In this document: positions 1 through 13,744 of the stretch, piece by piece
Layout: every line of letters starts with the position of its first letter
Numbering within the stretch: position 1 is the stretch's first letter
Source: Octopus vulgaris
Lineage: Eukaryota
Assembly: GCA_951406725.2 (NCBI GenBank)
Contig: OX597820.1
Span: 7,750,001-7,814,000, forward strand
DNA: 64,000 bases
Reading direction: 5' to 3'
Position numbers and translations under genes: made by a program
The notes under the pieces: generated by a model
Seen by the model: only the letters and a program-made list of their open reading frames with translations
The model's database searches: none
Told to the model about the DNA's origin: nothing

Positions 1-643
1 TTTTTCTGTCTCGTTCGATATTAACTCCTTCTGCTTTACAAAAAAAAAAATGGATTAATATTTTTTGTGTTTTTGTTGTTTAACTGTTTTCGCAAGACGA
101 ATGTTTTTCCATGTGTTTTTCGTAAAAAAAAAATTACTTCAAATTTATTCCAACATTTTGTTCTGTGATTAGTTCGACTACATTGGGATTGGTGACCAAT
201 CTGCAAGGCAATTCCTATCAAAGGGAAAAGTTGTTTTTATCTTTTTTAAACCAAACAATTATGCCAATGCCAAGCAGAGAGTTCCAAACAGACCACTTTT
301 GCAACAATATACGCACGACTGGAAAAGGAAGACATTGTGTTATCAGAAGAAAAAGAAAACCTAGTTTATTAAGTGATTCTGAGAATTCGTAAGACGACAG
401 CAATAACAAGAACAACATCAACACTCATACACTGACGTCTCCAAGCGAAAAAGTGCACACATGACGGCTGTTTCACTCAATGAGGACTCTCCATGACCAC
501 CCATGTCGAATCTTTTAATCGGAACAAAGCACAGTCCACAATGGACCAGTGGCAAAAATTGTATTCATAAGAACTATATCTTCTTGGCCAAATATATTAA
601 AATACGAAAATGAGCACTGACTTCCATTAGTCTTATAAGGGGG

Positions 644-646
<3 letters not shown>

Positions 647-720
<74 letters not shown>

Positions 721-726
721 CTATCT
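647..726. repeat. Compound microsatellite (CT)n-(ATCT)n
   Basis: Directly visible perfect repeats. Confidence 0.97.
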
Positions 727-1044
727 CTACCCTGAAGATACCACTTAAGGGGAGATTTGGAAGTTTTCTGGGCTAGCATCTTCTAGAAAGAGAAGAGCAA
801 ATCCCATGAATTCATTTGCCACGTTTTAAAACCAAGAATCCAGGCATGGGCAGAGATTGTGCGCGAAACCTGTATTCGTAATCGTGAACTTTAGTAGACA
901 CAAGGGTGAAATAAGGGCAATAATCTGATACATTGCAAGGGACACTGACCTCTGGTATTTGTAAATCATTTTGTTCAGATGACAGCACACAAATAACGAG
1001 AAGTAATCTAGGATTTGGTGTGATCAAGGTGGACTTGGCCTAGT

Positions 1045-1348
1045 TGGCAGTATCGCAATTCCTATATCCTTCAGCTTCTTGAGTAGCAGACGTCGTGTTA
1101 TGCCAAGGGCAACAATTACCACATACTCTGTATACTCTTTACTCTTTTACTCTTCTACTTGTTTCAGTCATTTGACTGCGGCCATGCTGGAGCACCACCT
1201 TTAGTCGAGCAAATCGACCCCAGGACTTAATTTTTGTAAGCCTAGTACTTATTCTATTGGACTCTATTGCCGAACCGTTATGTTACGCGGACGTAAACAC
1301 ACCAGCATCGGTTGTCAAGCGATGATGGGGGACAAACACAGACACACA

Positions 1349-1447
<99 letters not shown>

Positions 1448-1920
1448 GACGGGCTTCTTTCAGCTTCCGTCTACCAAATCCACTCACAAGGCTTTGGTCG
1501 GCCCGAGGCTATAGTAGAAGACACTTGCCCAAATTGCCACGCAGTGGGACTGAACCCGGAACCATGTGGTTGATAAGCAAGCTACTTACCACGCAGCCAC
1601 TAATCTTCCACGATTTCTTCATTTCTTTGGTTACGCCTTGATATTTCTCAATTTTTCTTTCTTTGATATCCATTCTATTAGAGAATGGTTTTGCAAAGTC
1701 CATCATCTTACTCTGATACTTTTCTTTTTTCTTTTCCTCTTCAATACTATTCTTCGTATTATTTCAACAGTCAACATCCCTGACTGCTACTTCAAATCAA
1801 TAAACCTGGCTAACACCCCAACAAACTTTTCCTACGGCTTACACTCCTTTTTGCGTTAGATGCTGCATTCGCGTACAAAATAGTACTTAGCTCCCATATC
1901 CACACATTCTGTTTATTTCC
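1045..1920 (-). pseudogene. Decayed R4/Dong-like non-LTR retrotransposon C-terminus (zinc knuckle plus RLE endonuclease), interrupted by a SINE at 1134-1601
   Basis: Minus-strand peptides RMCG..., ECSI*RKKECK and MMDFAKPFSNRMDIKERKIEKYQGVTKEMKK, then VIVALGIT...KKLKDIGI past the SINE. These match the RLE pattern D(F/V)AxPxD..KExEKIEKY..VVIGALG. Confidence 0.6.
1134..1601 (-). mobile_element. tRNA-derived SINE family A, near full-length, with internal (TA)n(TG)n microsatellite and (AAAAGAGT)n tail
   Basis: Reverse complement of the copies at 7988, 21164 and 23979; A-box TGGCTGCGTGG and B-box GGTTCAGTCCC; TTGGGCAAGTG CORE-like motif. Confidence 0.9.
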
Positions 1921-2041
1921 AAGTCAACCAGCGATCTACCGAGCCATCTACCTACGTAACTTATCATCCACAAATCACTCTACTTATAGTTGTTGTGGTT
2001 ATTCATATACACACAACATATTAGCCTATTGGGAAAGAAAC

Positions 2042-2121
2042 ATTTCTAACATCGGACTACAAGTAACCTTAGATGTCAAGATCCCTCCTAAGTATCCTAG
2101 CTGTCCCTAATAACGCTGTTC
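2042..2121 (-). mobile_element. 3' terminus of an R4/Dong-like LINE
   Basis: Minus strand encodes TALLGTARILRRDLDI*, the typical R4-clade C-terminus; adjacent to (ATT)n. Confidence 0.65.
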
Positions 2122-2138
2122 ATTATTATTATTATTAT

Positions 2139-2695
2139 TGAGTGAGAGAGCAGTTCATGCCATCAAAGTGACACCGGAGTAAAATATACGAAGCCCAGTA
2201 TACCCATCATGACTACCCGTCTGATAAAGGTACACCAGGCACATGCATCACAACCATATGTGCGCGACATGGTGATCTCATATCAAGATAAACAGCACAT
2301 GACCTTGCAGGTGGGGCCCAGTTAGAACTTTCTTCTGGTCGAGTAACCCATCCCGCTCAAAAGGTCCCTGAATAAAGGTTGTTTAAGGATGTTGAACGAA
2401 ACACCCATGTTTCCAGAAGTGAATTATTCAAACCCCAAAGAATCCCTCTCAACACATGGCTATGATGCTCCCCCACTACTTCTGCTTGTGATCAGAGATG
2501 CACATATCGTCAGCCACTAAGGGACATGCTCAACTGGTTACGGTCAAACAACTGACAAGCAAATCTGTGGTATTGAGCAGAATATTTGCTGTAGCCCATC
2601 TTTTATACCAAGACAAAACAATGTGCATGATAACACTTCCAATCAGTTAAGATCAGAAGCCATGAGAGCCACTGTCTGGTACTGCATCAGAGCAG

Positions 2696-2697
<2 letters not shown>
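2139..2697. mobile_element. Unclassified ~560 bp non-coding element bracketed by (ATT)n, possibly the 3' UTR of an RLE-type (HERO-like) LINE
   Basis: GC-richer island with sharp (ATT)n borders on both sides; no ORF; family call is tentative. Confidence 0.4.
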
Positions 2698-2787
<90 letters not shown>

Positions 2788-2791
2788 GTTA

Positions 2792-2829
<38 letters not shown>

Positions 2830-2862
2830 GTTATTATTATTATTATCATCATTATTATTATT
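2698..2862. repeat. (ATT)n microsatellite
   Basis: Directly visible. Confidence 0.97.
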
Positions 2863-4306
2863 TGTTGTTGTTGTTGTTGCTGTTTATTTTGTACCAGAAA
2901 GACAAATTTGGTATTCTGCATTAATATAATTCAGTTCTTGCTTTATCATTTAAATACTTTTAGTCATTATATTATATATTTGTCACAAATGACAGACGGG
3001 GTTGTTACTGCTGAACACCTTTAGTTCCACACACCAAACGCATTTCCGCTGACACAACACAAGCAGAACATCACAAACGTAATTCTAGCAGTTTCTCTTA
3101 ATTGCAAAAGTTCAATTTGATGTCATATATAGTTTGGACAATCAGTTTGCAGGGAATCGAACACCTGTCATTGTCTAATGGACCGTGTGATGTGTGATTA
3201 TACCATTGTTATTGTTGTTGTTACACAGCCTGCTAGAAATAGCAGTCAAACCCCATCAAAATACGTCTTGCTGTCTTGAATAAGGATATATTAGAGCAAG
3301 TACTTTTTCCTATCTATACAAGGACGTGATGGTCCTGGCCGAGGTATATTTAATAATACATCTGGTCATCAAATAAAATTTCTACTTAGCTACCCATCTC
3401 TTCCCCCACCCACCCATCTATCTGATAATCCACTTATATCTCTCTTCATAACTCTCAATTCCTCTAACTTCCCTGCCAACCAGCCACCTGCCCATCTCTA
3501 CATTTACACACCTACTTGCCAATCTACCCCTATATCAACCAAGCCTGCTCTCTATCCACCTATCCAAAAAAACACTACTGCTATCCACCTAACCACCTTC
3601 CTACCTATCTAAATCATTTACCACCCCCTCTCTCGTCCCAATGCAGACTGGGAAGAACTGATTGGCAAGGTAGACTCATGTGCCCATCATTTCGACAGGT
3701 AAACTAAAAGAATCAAAGTTTCGAATGAACATTGCGTCATAACTCCCACCGTGGGCCAGTCTCGATGAGAGAAGGAGGAAAGGGAGAAACATTTCTAGAC
3801 TTTCAGATAATTAATAATATTCTTCCTCCACTACAGTTAAAACTAACCTGTTGTTACAGAATAATTCAATTTCTGTCTATTTTATTAGAATTATCGAACA
3901 AGTCTAAAACAAACACACAAATGAGGAAATCATTATAATTATTATAATGAGCTTATATTTACTTATTAGTCATAATTGGTGCTGTCTTTTGCTAATTAGT
4001 TACGACGTTTGCAATTTCAAATTTCAGATTTCACTTATTTTAACACTTTTTTTATCAACATCTTGGAATTTCGGAAATAACTGATGGAACATACATTCTT
4101 TTATTCTTTTACAAGTTTCAATAATTTTGAATGCGGCTATGCTGGAGCACCGCCTTAAAGGGTTTTAGTCGAACAAGTCGACCTCAGGATTTATTTTGTA
4201 AGCCTAGTATATATCCTATCGATCTCTTTTGACGAACCGCTCGTCAAGCGGTGACGGTGAGGACAACACAGACAAAAACGCACACACGCATACACACAGA
4301 GGTATG

Positions 4307-4374
<68 letters not shown>

Positions 4375-4378
<4 letters not shown>

Positions 4379-4489
4379 CGGAAATTGCGAGGATGATCCG
4401 GTTCTTGACTGAAGATTAAAGGCTTCGAATGACACGTTCGTGGTTTTTGTATCGTTTATTTGGATGTTTTGCGCTCTTGTCCCATTTTG

Positions 4490-4493
<4 letters not shown>
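4375..4493 (+). mobile_element. (TA)n-embedded fragment of an unclassified repeat family
   Basis: Inverted match to 5557-5629; 3' part CGAATGAC...GGATGTTTTGCG..CCCATTTTGTATT recurs at 61154-61245. Confidence 0.65.
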
Positions 4494-4531
<38 letters not shown>

Positions 4532-4532
<1 letters not shown>

Positions 4533-4905
4533 TAGCAGTATCGCCCGGCGTTGCTCAGGTTTGTAAGGGAAATAACTATAAAGCATTTTTAGAGAGTTAT
4601 AGCCAAAAAATAGCAAAAAAATGGAAAAAAATGATGGTAAATTTTTGTTTGAGAGTTAAAAAAGGTGGAGTTGCGTCCCCTAGACAGTCTGTGGTTTGTG
4701 TTTCTGATTCACGACCCCATGTCGAATTTATCGATTTTTCAGAACTGGGGGAACTTTTCAAAATTTTCGCTGCGTTAGTTTTGAATTATGACATTGGGCT
4801 ATGTGTGTGTCAAGTTTCATCAGAATCGGTTGAAAGCCGTGGTCAGAGTGAGGGTATGAGAAAACAGACACACAGAAACACGCACAGACAAACTGCCGTT
4901 TATAT

Positions 4906-4908
<3 letters not shown>
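4532..4908 (-). mobile_element. Non-autonomous Helitron-like element (Lep1-type architecture)
   Basis: Minus strand begins TC (4908) and ends CTAG (4532), between host A and T with no TSD. GC-rich subterminal hairpin CCCGGCGTTGCTCAGG; AAGTTTCATCAGAATCGG motif followed by CAGACA repeats. Confidence 0.7.
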
Positions 4909-4956
<48 letters not shown>

Positions 4957-5119
4957 ACAGGCTTCTTTTAGTTTCCGTCTACCAAATCTACCGACAATGC
5001 TTCTTACCACAGTCACGCCTGCGCCTATACACATATGCATGAACCTACATACACACCACATATATACATATGTGTGTGTGTATATATATACGTGTGTGTA
5101 TGTGCGTGCTAACATGCTT

Positions 5120-5250
5120 GAAGGCGCGTGGTTATGTGGTCAAAGTATTCGGGTCGCGATCGTAAGGTCATGAGTTTAATTTCCAACAGAACATTGTGTC
5201 CTTAAGCAAGACACTTTATCTCTCATTGCTCCACTCCTCTCAGCAAGCGA
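5120..5250 (+). mobile_element. Old tRNA-headed SINE fragment
   Basis: Degenerate tRNA head followed by TGTGTCCTTAAGCAAGACACTTTAT central motif; related to 20385-20480 and 25238-25505. Confidence 0.5.
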
Positions 5251-5386
5251 AAATTAGATGTAACGGTAATTCTCTCCTATGAGTTTACAGATGTGGAATG
5301 GAGCGATGCAACTGTCCTGGATTTGAATAAAGAATCTCGTCAATTCCACTCTATTTCTGTCTCTGATCTGTTTATATATATATATA

Positions 5387-5552
5387 GGAGTGGCTGTGTG
5401 GTAAGTAGCTTTCTTACCAACCACATGGTTCCGGGTTCAGTCCCACTGCGTGGCACCTTGAGCAAGTGTCTTCTACTATAGCCTCGGGCCGACCAAAACC
5501 TTGTGAGTGGATTTGGCAGACGGAAACTGAAAGAAGCGTGTCGTATATATGT
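5387..5552 (+). mobile_element. SINE A 5' half
   Basis: Near-identical to the family A head. Confidence 0.88.
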
Positions 5553-5556
5553 ATAC

Positions 5557-5628
5557 GTACGGTTCATTCGAAGCCTCTAATCTTCAGTCAAGAACCGGAT
5601 CATCCTCGCAATTTCGGCTGATCAATCT

Positions 5629-5629
<1 letters not shown>
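5557..5629 (-). mobile_element. Inverted copy of the 4375 repeat fragment
   Basis: Reverse complement of TCAGCGGAAATTGCGAGGATGATCCGGTTCTTGACTGAAGATTAAAGGCTTCGAATGA with few mismatches. Confidence 0.75.
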
Positions 5630-5692
<63 letters not shown>

Positions 5693-5890
5693 CATGCATG
5701 TATGTATGTATGTATGTATGTTTGTTTGTATGTATGTATGTATGTATGTATGTATGTACGTACGTATGTATGTATGTATGTATGTACGTACGTATGTATG
5801 TATGTATGTATGTATGTGTGTATGTATATGTATATATATCTGTGTGTGTGCATGGGTTCGTGTATGTGTGTGTGTGTGTGTGTGTGTATC
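5630..5890. repeat. Compound (TA)n(TG)n(TATG)n microsatellite
   Basis: Directly visible. Confidence 0.95.
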
Positions 5891-6804
5891 TATCAATCTA
5901 TATATACATGTTTCTGATATCAGATTTGAACTGCTAACCTCATTTTGGGTGATAAAATATTAATTTCAAATATTTTACGTTTCGTTCAGTTTCGTTTCCT
6001 GGTTCTCTAAACAAGACTTTAAGTTCGTGAATGCGTATAAAAATGCGATCTAGAATCGATCTCAGAACCTTTATTTCTAAACTAACGAAGTCACTAACAC
6101 ATCTTCATATAATTTCATATGCTTAGATTATTTGATCTCCTCTCAAGTCCGCCGTATTATTTTCATGTTAGCGTTCACTTTAACGAATGACTTCGAAATC
6201 ATGGTTATATTTGGTGCTTATTTAGTTGCACTTTCTAGCAGTTATTCGCTCCCTTGTTGGCTGAGAAGCTTTTGCAAGTGAGAGGCGTCGAACTGTGTGT
6301 GTACAGTAAGAGATGTAGCTCTTTAAACTATTACCCAATCCATTTTTTATTTCTGTCATTCGCAGATGTCTCCGATAATTCTTGTAATTACAACAGAACC
6401 AGGCTTCCATCGACCATTACTTCAAAGGTTTCTTAATTAACACACCTTTGGGGTGTTTAATGCCTACAGGTAGATATGGACAGGTAAAAACTCACACACA
6501 TACATACACAAAGTTACATGTATACAGAAAGATATATGTTCGACTCTGTACGGATGTGGTTGTGTGATAATCTAGTGATATGAAAACTAATTGCCTGTTC
6601 GTATGTGTGTGAATATAAGTGTGTGTATATGTGTGTGTGCGCGCGTGCGTAGGTTTGTATGTATCACCAGTGTTATAGTGTCAAGATTTCTAATGCTGAA
6701 GGAAATGTAGTTGGTGAAGAATCAAACCCACCACCACCACCACCACCACTTCCGTCTCTCCTATCTTTATCATTTCGGGTTTCTCTCTATTTGTGTCTGT
6801 GTTT

Positions 6805-7382
<578 letters not shown>

Positions 7383-7493
7383 GAAAGGTAGACAGACCCA
7401 TCTACTAAACTTACTAATATCAATATATCGATATTACCATTGCCATTTCAGTTTAAATACTTATATGCTTTTACTGCTTGTTTAACTTTCTTC

Positions 7494-7570
<77 letters not shown>

Positions 7571-7987
7571 TGTGTGTGCATAGCGTTGTGTGTCTAAGCA
7601 TGTTTCTACCTATCGGTGTACTTACTTCACCCTTGCCATTTACCATCCAACAATCATCTGATTGTACTCAGCATCTACATGGCCATCCCAACTGTTATTT
7701 CTGTCTGGAGCTCTCAAAATTTACTCTCCACTGTTTGAATTAAGCAACTTTGGAAACCTTTAGCTTGAACCCTGTTTTTATCATAGGCGTACTCTATCAA
7801 GTCACACAGGATCCTCAATGAGTACTGTACTCGTAGAGGGCGTCAATGTAAAAGAGAAAGTAATCAAAATAAAACATTGCATACAGCTTCACTGTGCAAT
7901 GAAAATATCCAACCAACACAACAAATAATAAAATAGTAATTGAAAAACCCCAAATATTTTAATATCGTAACACTTGCTATATAAGTA

Positions 7988-8404
7988 GGCGCAGGAGTGG
8001 CTGTGTGGTAAGTAGCTTGCTAAACAACCACATGGTCCCAGGTTCAGTCCCACTGCGTGGCACCTTGAGCAAGTGTCTTCTGCTATAGCCCCGGGCCGAC
8101 CAATGCCTTGTGAGTGGATTTGGTAGACGGAAACTGAAAGAAGCCTGTCGTATATATGTATATATATATATATATATGTATGTGCGTGTATGTATTTGTG
8201 TGTCTGTATTTGTCCCCCTAGCATTGCTTGACAACCGAGGCTGGTGTGTTTACGTCCACGTCACCTAGCGGTTCGGCAAAAGAGACCGATAGAATAAGTA
8301 CTGGGCTTACAAAGAATAAGTCCCGGGGTCGATTTGATCGACTAAAGGCGGTGCTCCAGCATGGCCAAGTGAAATGACTGAAACAAGTAAAAGAGTAAAA
8401 GAGT
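7988..8404 (+). mobile_element. SINE A, full-length
   Basis: GGCGCAGGAGTGGCTGTGTGG head, B-box, internal (TA)n/(TG)n, AAAAGAGT tail. Confidence 0.92.
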
Positions 8405-8659
8405 AATCGAAATGCTTTTAAATATCACCCAGTTCCTTGATAAACATTGCACAAGTTTTACAAATATCAAACTGACAATTCATTTTGGCCAGTACAGCCT
8501 CAGTCTTCAGAGAATTCGAATTATTTCGGGTACGTGGATGGAGGTTTTGTAAGAATAAAACTTGTTTCTAAGCGTGATTGAGGACAATGTGTTGCAGTAT
8601 CTAGTGGAGCAGGTGTATGTGAGTTAGTTAGTATTTTGCATCATAGTTAGTACCGTTAT

Positions 8660-8876
8660 ATATATTTATACTTCAGCAATATAACTACACACGTGTTGTT
8701 GACGATTTCTTTTCCTTCCTTTGGACTTTTCCCTTTCTCCTTTCCGACGAAGAGCTATGCTCAAAACGTCAAATCCTCTGCTTTCACCGAGCGTCAAGCT
8801 AATCCCTTGCGCACCTCCTCTTGTCTCTCAATTTTATTATTCGTTTATTCGAAATGATTGTTTATTTGAATTGACT
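8660..8876 (+). mobile_element. PLE pLTR-like fragment with degenerate hammerhead (8741-8773)
   Basis: TTT-CCGACGA-A-GAGC TAT GCTC-AAAAC-GTC-AAA; flanked by TA tracts. Confidence 0.5.
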
Positions 8877-8896
8877 ATATATATATATATATATAT

Positions 8897-8985
8897 AATC
8901 AAAATAAGCAACAAGGATATCCAAGGTAGTGTAGTACAATTGTTTCCTGCTACTTCATTTTATTAAACACTGTAAGTATTACATA
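8897..8985 (-). mobile_element. TA-associated repeat family E fragment
   Basis: Matches 20580-20729 and 21056-21162. Confidence 0.75.
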
Positions 8986-9805
8986 AGTTTTAAAACGTCG
9001 TGCAATCTTCAGCCACATATAGAATTTTTTAATTAAACGGACAATGCACATTCTTATACTTATTTCATTTGCCAACATCACAAAATACCATATTCATCTG
9101 AATCTAAATTTTGCTGAATTTATATATATATATATATATAATCATATATGTGTGGTCAGTATTTCACTGCAATAGTTGTACTATATCACATGAGAACAAT
9201 ATCTGAAAGAATAATAACAATATCTGAAAGAATTTCAATCTGAGTCTGTATTTGTGTGTATTTCTAAGTGTGTGTGCGCCTGTGTGTTCGCGCGCCTGCA
9301 TTTCAATCGCATTTCCATTTTTGGATAATTCATTTATTTTTCTGTAACTCGATCGTTCTCCTGATATACTGAAAAAGACAGCGGTGCAATAAACACGAAC
9401 TTTTCCAAAGTATTGATATTAATATTTTTACTGTTCTTATTGATCATTTGGTTCATAGATATATATTAGAAGCAAGCGAATAGCAGATATGCAACCAAAC
9501 TGATTTAAACCACAACACTCAGAAGGGAGAAATGTAACGGAAGTTGTCGTAGTTGGTTTTATCTGATTTTTCTATATTCATTGTCTTTGATGAAGGACAA
9601 ATACCCGAAACGTTGTATCTTTCACTTTTCATAGTAAATCGATTAACTGTAATTTATTTACAAACTTTTATTGCTTAAATATTTAGTATTGAATGAGAAC
9701 GAATGAATGGGTATTTGTGCGTATGTATATGTATGTCGCACACAAACACATAAACAAGCAGTCAAACGCATATACAGCTCATGAACATATGTGTATGAGC
9801 AAGTG

Positions 9806-9885
<80 letters not shown>

Positions 9886-11318
9886 ATAGAGGTCAAGTAT
9901 AAAGATTGAATCCTGACAGCATCATCGGTATAGGCCCTAGCAATTCCTTCTAGGATTTCTTTAACACTGGACCCAACTGGCCCCCACCTATCACCCGTGA
10001 TTTCACAAACCCCATATTCAGCCATGATTCCCTTCTGCTTTATTCGCGAAAGATCAATGCCAAGTTGTATATGCTTCTATAAGTGTGGCCAACAAGGGTG
10101 AACCTCTCAATGGAATTCTTCAAGCATCTTTTACGTTATTTTTATGAAGTCTGGATATCCGCAGAACCGTATGGAGAAAAGCCAGCGAATTAGGAACAAT
10201 TTTCAACGTGCAAAACGACAATATCCACCAATATCACCCTCAGGCACCAGGCTCAGAGAGCTGTGGGTACGGAGACAGCACTTGATCAACCCAACACACT
10301 ACATTATATCTTTGATTACCTCAACTTACCTTTAACATTAATGAAAATAATTAAGGTGGGGAAATGCTGTAGCTTTCGCTCACTAGAATCCAAACCAATG
10401 CTCCACTTTCGTAGATCCTTGGGATATGCCATGTACATCTGTTAGAATAAACAAGAAAGGTTTATGGGAACATACCGGATCAATGATAGATGCGAAAGCA
10501 GTAGCGATTCTTCGGTTAGTCGGTGAACCCTCGTTAAGAAGAGCTAAAAGATGGACCGGTGTTCATTTTCGAAATAGAAGAACAAATAAGAAGGATGTGC
10601 GTGCGTGCGTGCATGTATGTGTAAGAGAGAGTGTGTGTGTATGTCTGCTGTGCGTGCGTACGTGCGTTTATTACTGTATGCACGTGAATTTAAGTATAAG
10701 AGTATGTACTTGCTATTGAGTGTACAGATCCGTAAAATTAAAACGCAAATTAAAACATAATTTGGCACTAACACATACTAATATACTGCCGCCATACACA
10801 CATATATATACATGCTCACTCACAAATATGTATACATACATACATGCATACATATATAATCAAATACACACAGTCACGAAGTCACTCAATTAGAAGTAGT
10901 AACACACATTTTTAAATCCTGGTCTAATCTTACTTTCTCGTGAATTTATTGCGTATGCATGAATGTGTGTGTGAGAGAGAGAGACATAGAGAGACAGAGA
11001 GAGAGAGTGTGTGTGTGTGTGTGTGGAGAAATGTAGACATTGGCACAATAGTTTGTCAGAAAGAAATAACGCGTATTATAGAAAATCCATTTAGCCATTG
11101 TGACAAAACAAACAGTTGTCTAACTGTAATATTCTTTAAGTAGAGAATAAAATCATAGAAACAATCAGAACACAAATAGAAGAGAGAAAACATTCAAATA
11201 TTTCGTACAGAATCTAGATAAATTAGCTGCATATAACTGAATAATGAAATAAAATATATCACCAATAGTAACCAAAAGTTAGGTAGACAACAACATGGAT
11301 TCCATCAGCAGCCACAGT

Positions 11319-11695
11319 GGAGGCGCAATGGCCCAATGGTTAGGGCAGCGGACTCGCGGTCGGAGGATCGCGGTTTCGATTCCCAGATCAGGCGTTGTGT
11401 GTGTTTATTGAGCGAAAACATCTAAAGCTCCACGAGGCTCCGGCAGGGGGTGGTGGCGACCCCTGTTGTACTCTTTCGCTCCAACTTTCTCTCACTCTTT
11501 CTTCCTGTTTCTTGTCCCCGACTTCTTACGCAACCGCTGAGCCTGGATGCGCATTCATCCATCCGTCGATGCTCTCGGTGTTGGGGGTTGACCTTTCTTT
11601 CTCTTACGAATAGCAAAGGACCACGTTTCGGACTTCTCCCACTACAGAGGCCCGATCTTGCGAGCTCTGGGACGAAGATCGCTTCGCTCAACAGC
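11319..11695 (+). mobile_element. tRNA(Arg-like)-derived SINE family B, tail type 1
   Basis: GGAGGCGCAATGGCCCAATGGTTAGGGCAGCGGACTCGCGGTC...GGTTTCGATTCCC head; body and tail shared with 59068-59433. Confidence 0.9.
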
Positions 11696-11990
11696 ACAGC
11701 TTCGCTCAGCGGCTACACGTGTGTTAATCACGTCTGTTGACTCCGTTTCTCCTAACAACGCGTTATACTCCAGAATGGAGGGATTAGATATTACAAGTTA
11801 TTTTTAAACAACTAACCGACATTAAAACTGGATTAATAATAGTCTTCGACCACTTTGGTTTTTTCAGGAAATGGTTTTAAGTGACAAAGAGCCATGCTCA
11901 GAACATCCTTTTTACTCCTATTTTTCCTTCTAAAACTTTCACTAAGGCTTAATCTAGCATATCCATTATATGTACCCAGATATGCATATC

Positions 11991-12022
<32 letters not shown>

Positions 12023-12041
12023 TGTATGTATGTATGTATGT

Positions 12042-12070
<29 letters not shown>

Positions 12071-12072
<2 letters not shown>

Positions 12073-12245
12073 AGGGACATTAGCCAACCGAATATGACTA
12101 GGGACAGGGCAGGGTGGTGAGGGTGTCACTGTTGCATTTAGCCCCAACACCCCCACCACCCTGCCCTGTCCCTAGCCATATTCGGTTGGCTAATGTCCCT
12201 TATGTTATGGAGCAGTCAATGTCATATCACTGTCTATTATTGCTC
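12071..12245. mobile_element. Fold-back element in (TA)n: 49-bp inverted arms (12071-12119 / 12154-12202) plus right-hand extension
   Basis: TAAGGGACATTAGCCAACCGAATATGACTAGGGACAGGGCAGGGTGGTG and its reverse complement, one mismatch. Confidence 0.85.
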
Positions 12246-12292
12246 ATATATATATATATAATTATTATTCCTAACTTACAGGGACAAATTCA

Positions 12293-12351
<59 letters not shown>

Positions 12352-12402
12352 TTTGAGGGAATATTATTCCTAACTTACAGGGAAAAATTCAATTTAGAAA
12401 TA

Positions 12403-12465
<63 letters not shown>

Positions 12466-12973
12466 CATATTATTTATATTATTATTTGATTGAACGCCAC
12501 GCATCCATTTCCAAGTAAGTTTATCTCAATATTTTTGATGCGACTCTACTATATACTGGTCCCTATCTTCTATCTTTTCTCGTGTTAAAAAACAATATTT
12601 CTCCAGCGTTCACTACTTTACCTCGTCTGGTCTGTTGACCCTCCATATTTGTTTTCGTTCGGCTTCCTTGTATGTCTCCACTGTCCTGTTTTTGTTACCA
12701 ACTTTGACCCTCCGCAAATCCCCAAATTTTATTTTCGTTCGTGGGAGCAACTGCCTTCAAAGTCTTATATCGTCGTTCAATGTTCGAAATAAGCAGTTGA
12801 AGGACAGCGGACAGATGATGAAGGGTCGCTTTTTATGTTACTTGTCTTGTTTTGCATTTGCTTCGCTCGTTGCTTGTGTACCCAACTTTATTTTCGTATT
12901 TCATGTTGTTAACGTTTTGTGACGTCCTGAACCCATATAAGCAAATCTATATACATATATATGTATGTATGTA

Positions 12974-13208
12974 CAGGGTACGATAGGTAAATTGTCGCGA
13001 TTTTATATTTTTAATTTCGTGCATGCGCATTGTTTGTTTTTCATTTTGTCGACTACACAGTATAGTAGGGTCAGTTGGGTACCGTCTGTGAGAAAAACAG
13101 CACCGTGACGCAATTCACTGTGTCACAAATTTAAAAGCGACATGTCATACTGCTTGCCATTCGCGCCGAAAGCTCCAATATGAACATTTCAGAATGTTTG
13201 GGTGCCAA

Positions 13209-13210
<2 letters not shown>
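12974..13210 (+). mobile_element. 5' end of a Tc1/mariner (probably DD37D maT) element
   Basis: TA|CAGGGT start; TIR-like GGTAAATTGTCG resembles ATAAACTGTCG near 38555; N-terminal-like peptide KRHVILLAIRAESSNMNISECLGAN. Confidence 0.5.
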
Positions 13211-13255
<45 letters not shown>

Positions 13256-13257
<2 letters not shown>

Positions 13258-13439
13258 CAAAATTAAGGAACGGCCATAATAGGCCGTTCAACCCACCGTT
13301 GAACGGCCTATTATGGCCGTTCCTTAATTTTGCTGTTGAATTTTGCTGTTGAATTTATTAATAGTCTCTGACTATTTCCTTTTTCCCACTAGACCGCCGG
13401 TGGCAAATAATTTCTGAATTTTTTGCTACCCTATATTGA

Positions 13440-13445
<6 letters not shown>
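13256..13445. mobile_element. Fold-back element in (TA)n: perfect 37-bp arms with 5-nt loop (13256-13334) plus right-hand extension
   Basis: AGCAAAATTAAGGAACGGCCATAATAGGCCGTTCAAC-CCACC-GTTGAACGGCCTATTATGGCCGTTCCTTAATTTTGCT. Confidence 0.85.
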
Positions 13446-13510
<65 letters not shown>

Positions 13511-13517
13511 TATATGC

Positions 13518-13571
<54 letters not shown>

Positions 13572-13630
13572 GTGTGTGTATATATATATATATATATACT
13601 TTATTTTAAGCAGCAAAAATTCAACAAAAT

Positions 13631-13668
13631 CTGTTACTCTGAGTTTCTCGTTGCCGTTCATCAGACAG
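13631..13668 (-). ncRNA. Type I minimal hammerhead ribozyme (mirror copy)
   Basis: Exact reverse complement of 13745-13782. Confidence 0.75.
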
Positions 13669-13744
13669 TTTTTGCTAGAATGGAACTGATATATCAATTC
13701 AATCTATAGATTGAATTGATATATCAGTTCCATTCTAGCAAAAA

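Larger units (their letters stand above)
4098..5025 (-). mobile_element. Older SINE A copy split by nested insertions (tail 4098-4290, internally deleted head 4957-5025)
   Basis: Both halves match family A, co-oriented and in the correct order around an expanded (TA)n. Confidence 0.7.

Noticed and set aside
20-600. Possible piggyBac-like 5' end (TTAA followed by an acidic SDSENS segment)
   Set aside because: No partner TIR or catalytic motif visible
1312-1641. Recurrent peptide ASFSFRLPNPLTRLWSARGYSRRHL in several ORFs
   Set aside because: Antisense reading of SINE A, not a gene family
9580-9620. Hammerhead-like TTGATGA..GAAACGTT (similar partial motifs at 41295-41348 and 56340)
   Set aside because: Core mutated or stems and GAAA missing; at best dead relics
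9885-10270. Possible RLE endonuclease relic on the minus strand
   Set aside because: Only a weak DIVV-like motif; too decayed to call
11319-11395. tRNA-like sequences (also 25760, 40368, 59360)
   Set aside because: SINE heads without a proper acceptor stem, continuing into repeat bodies with TSDs
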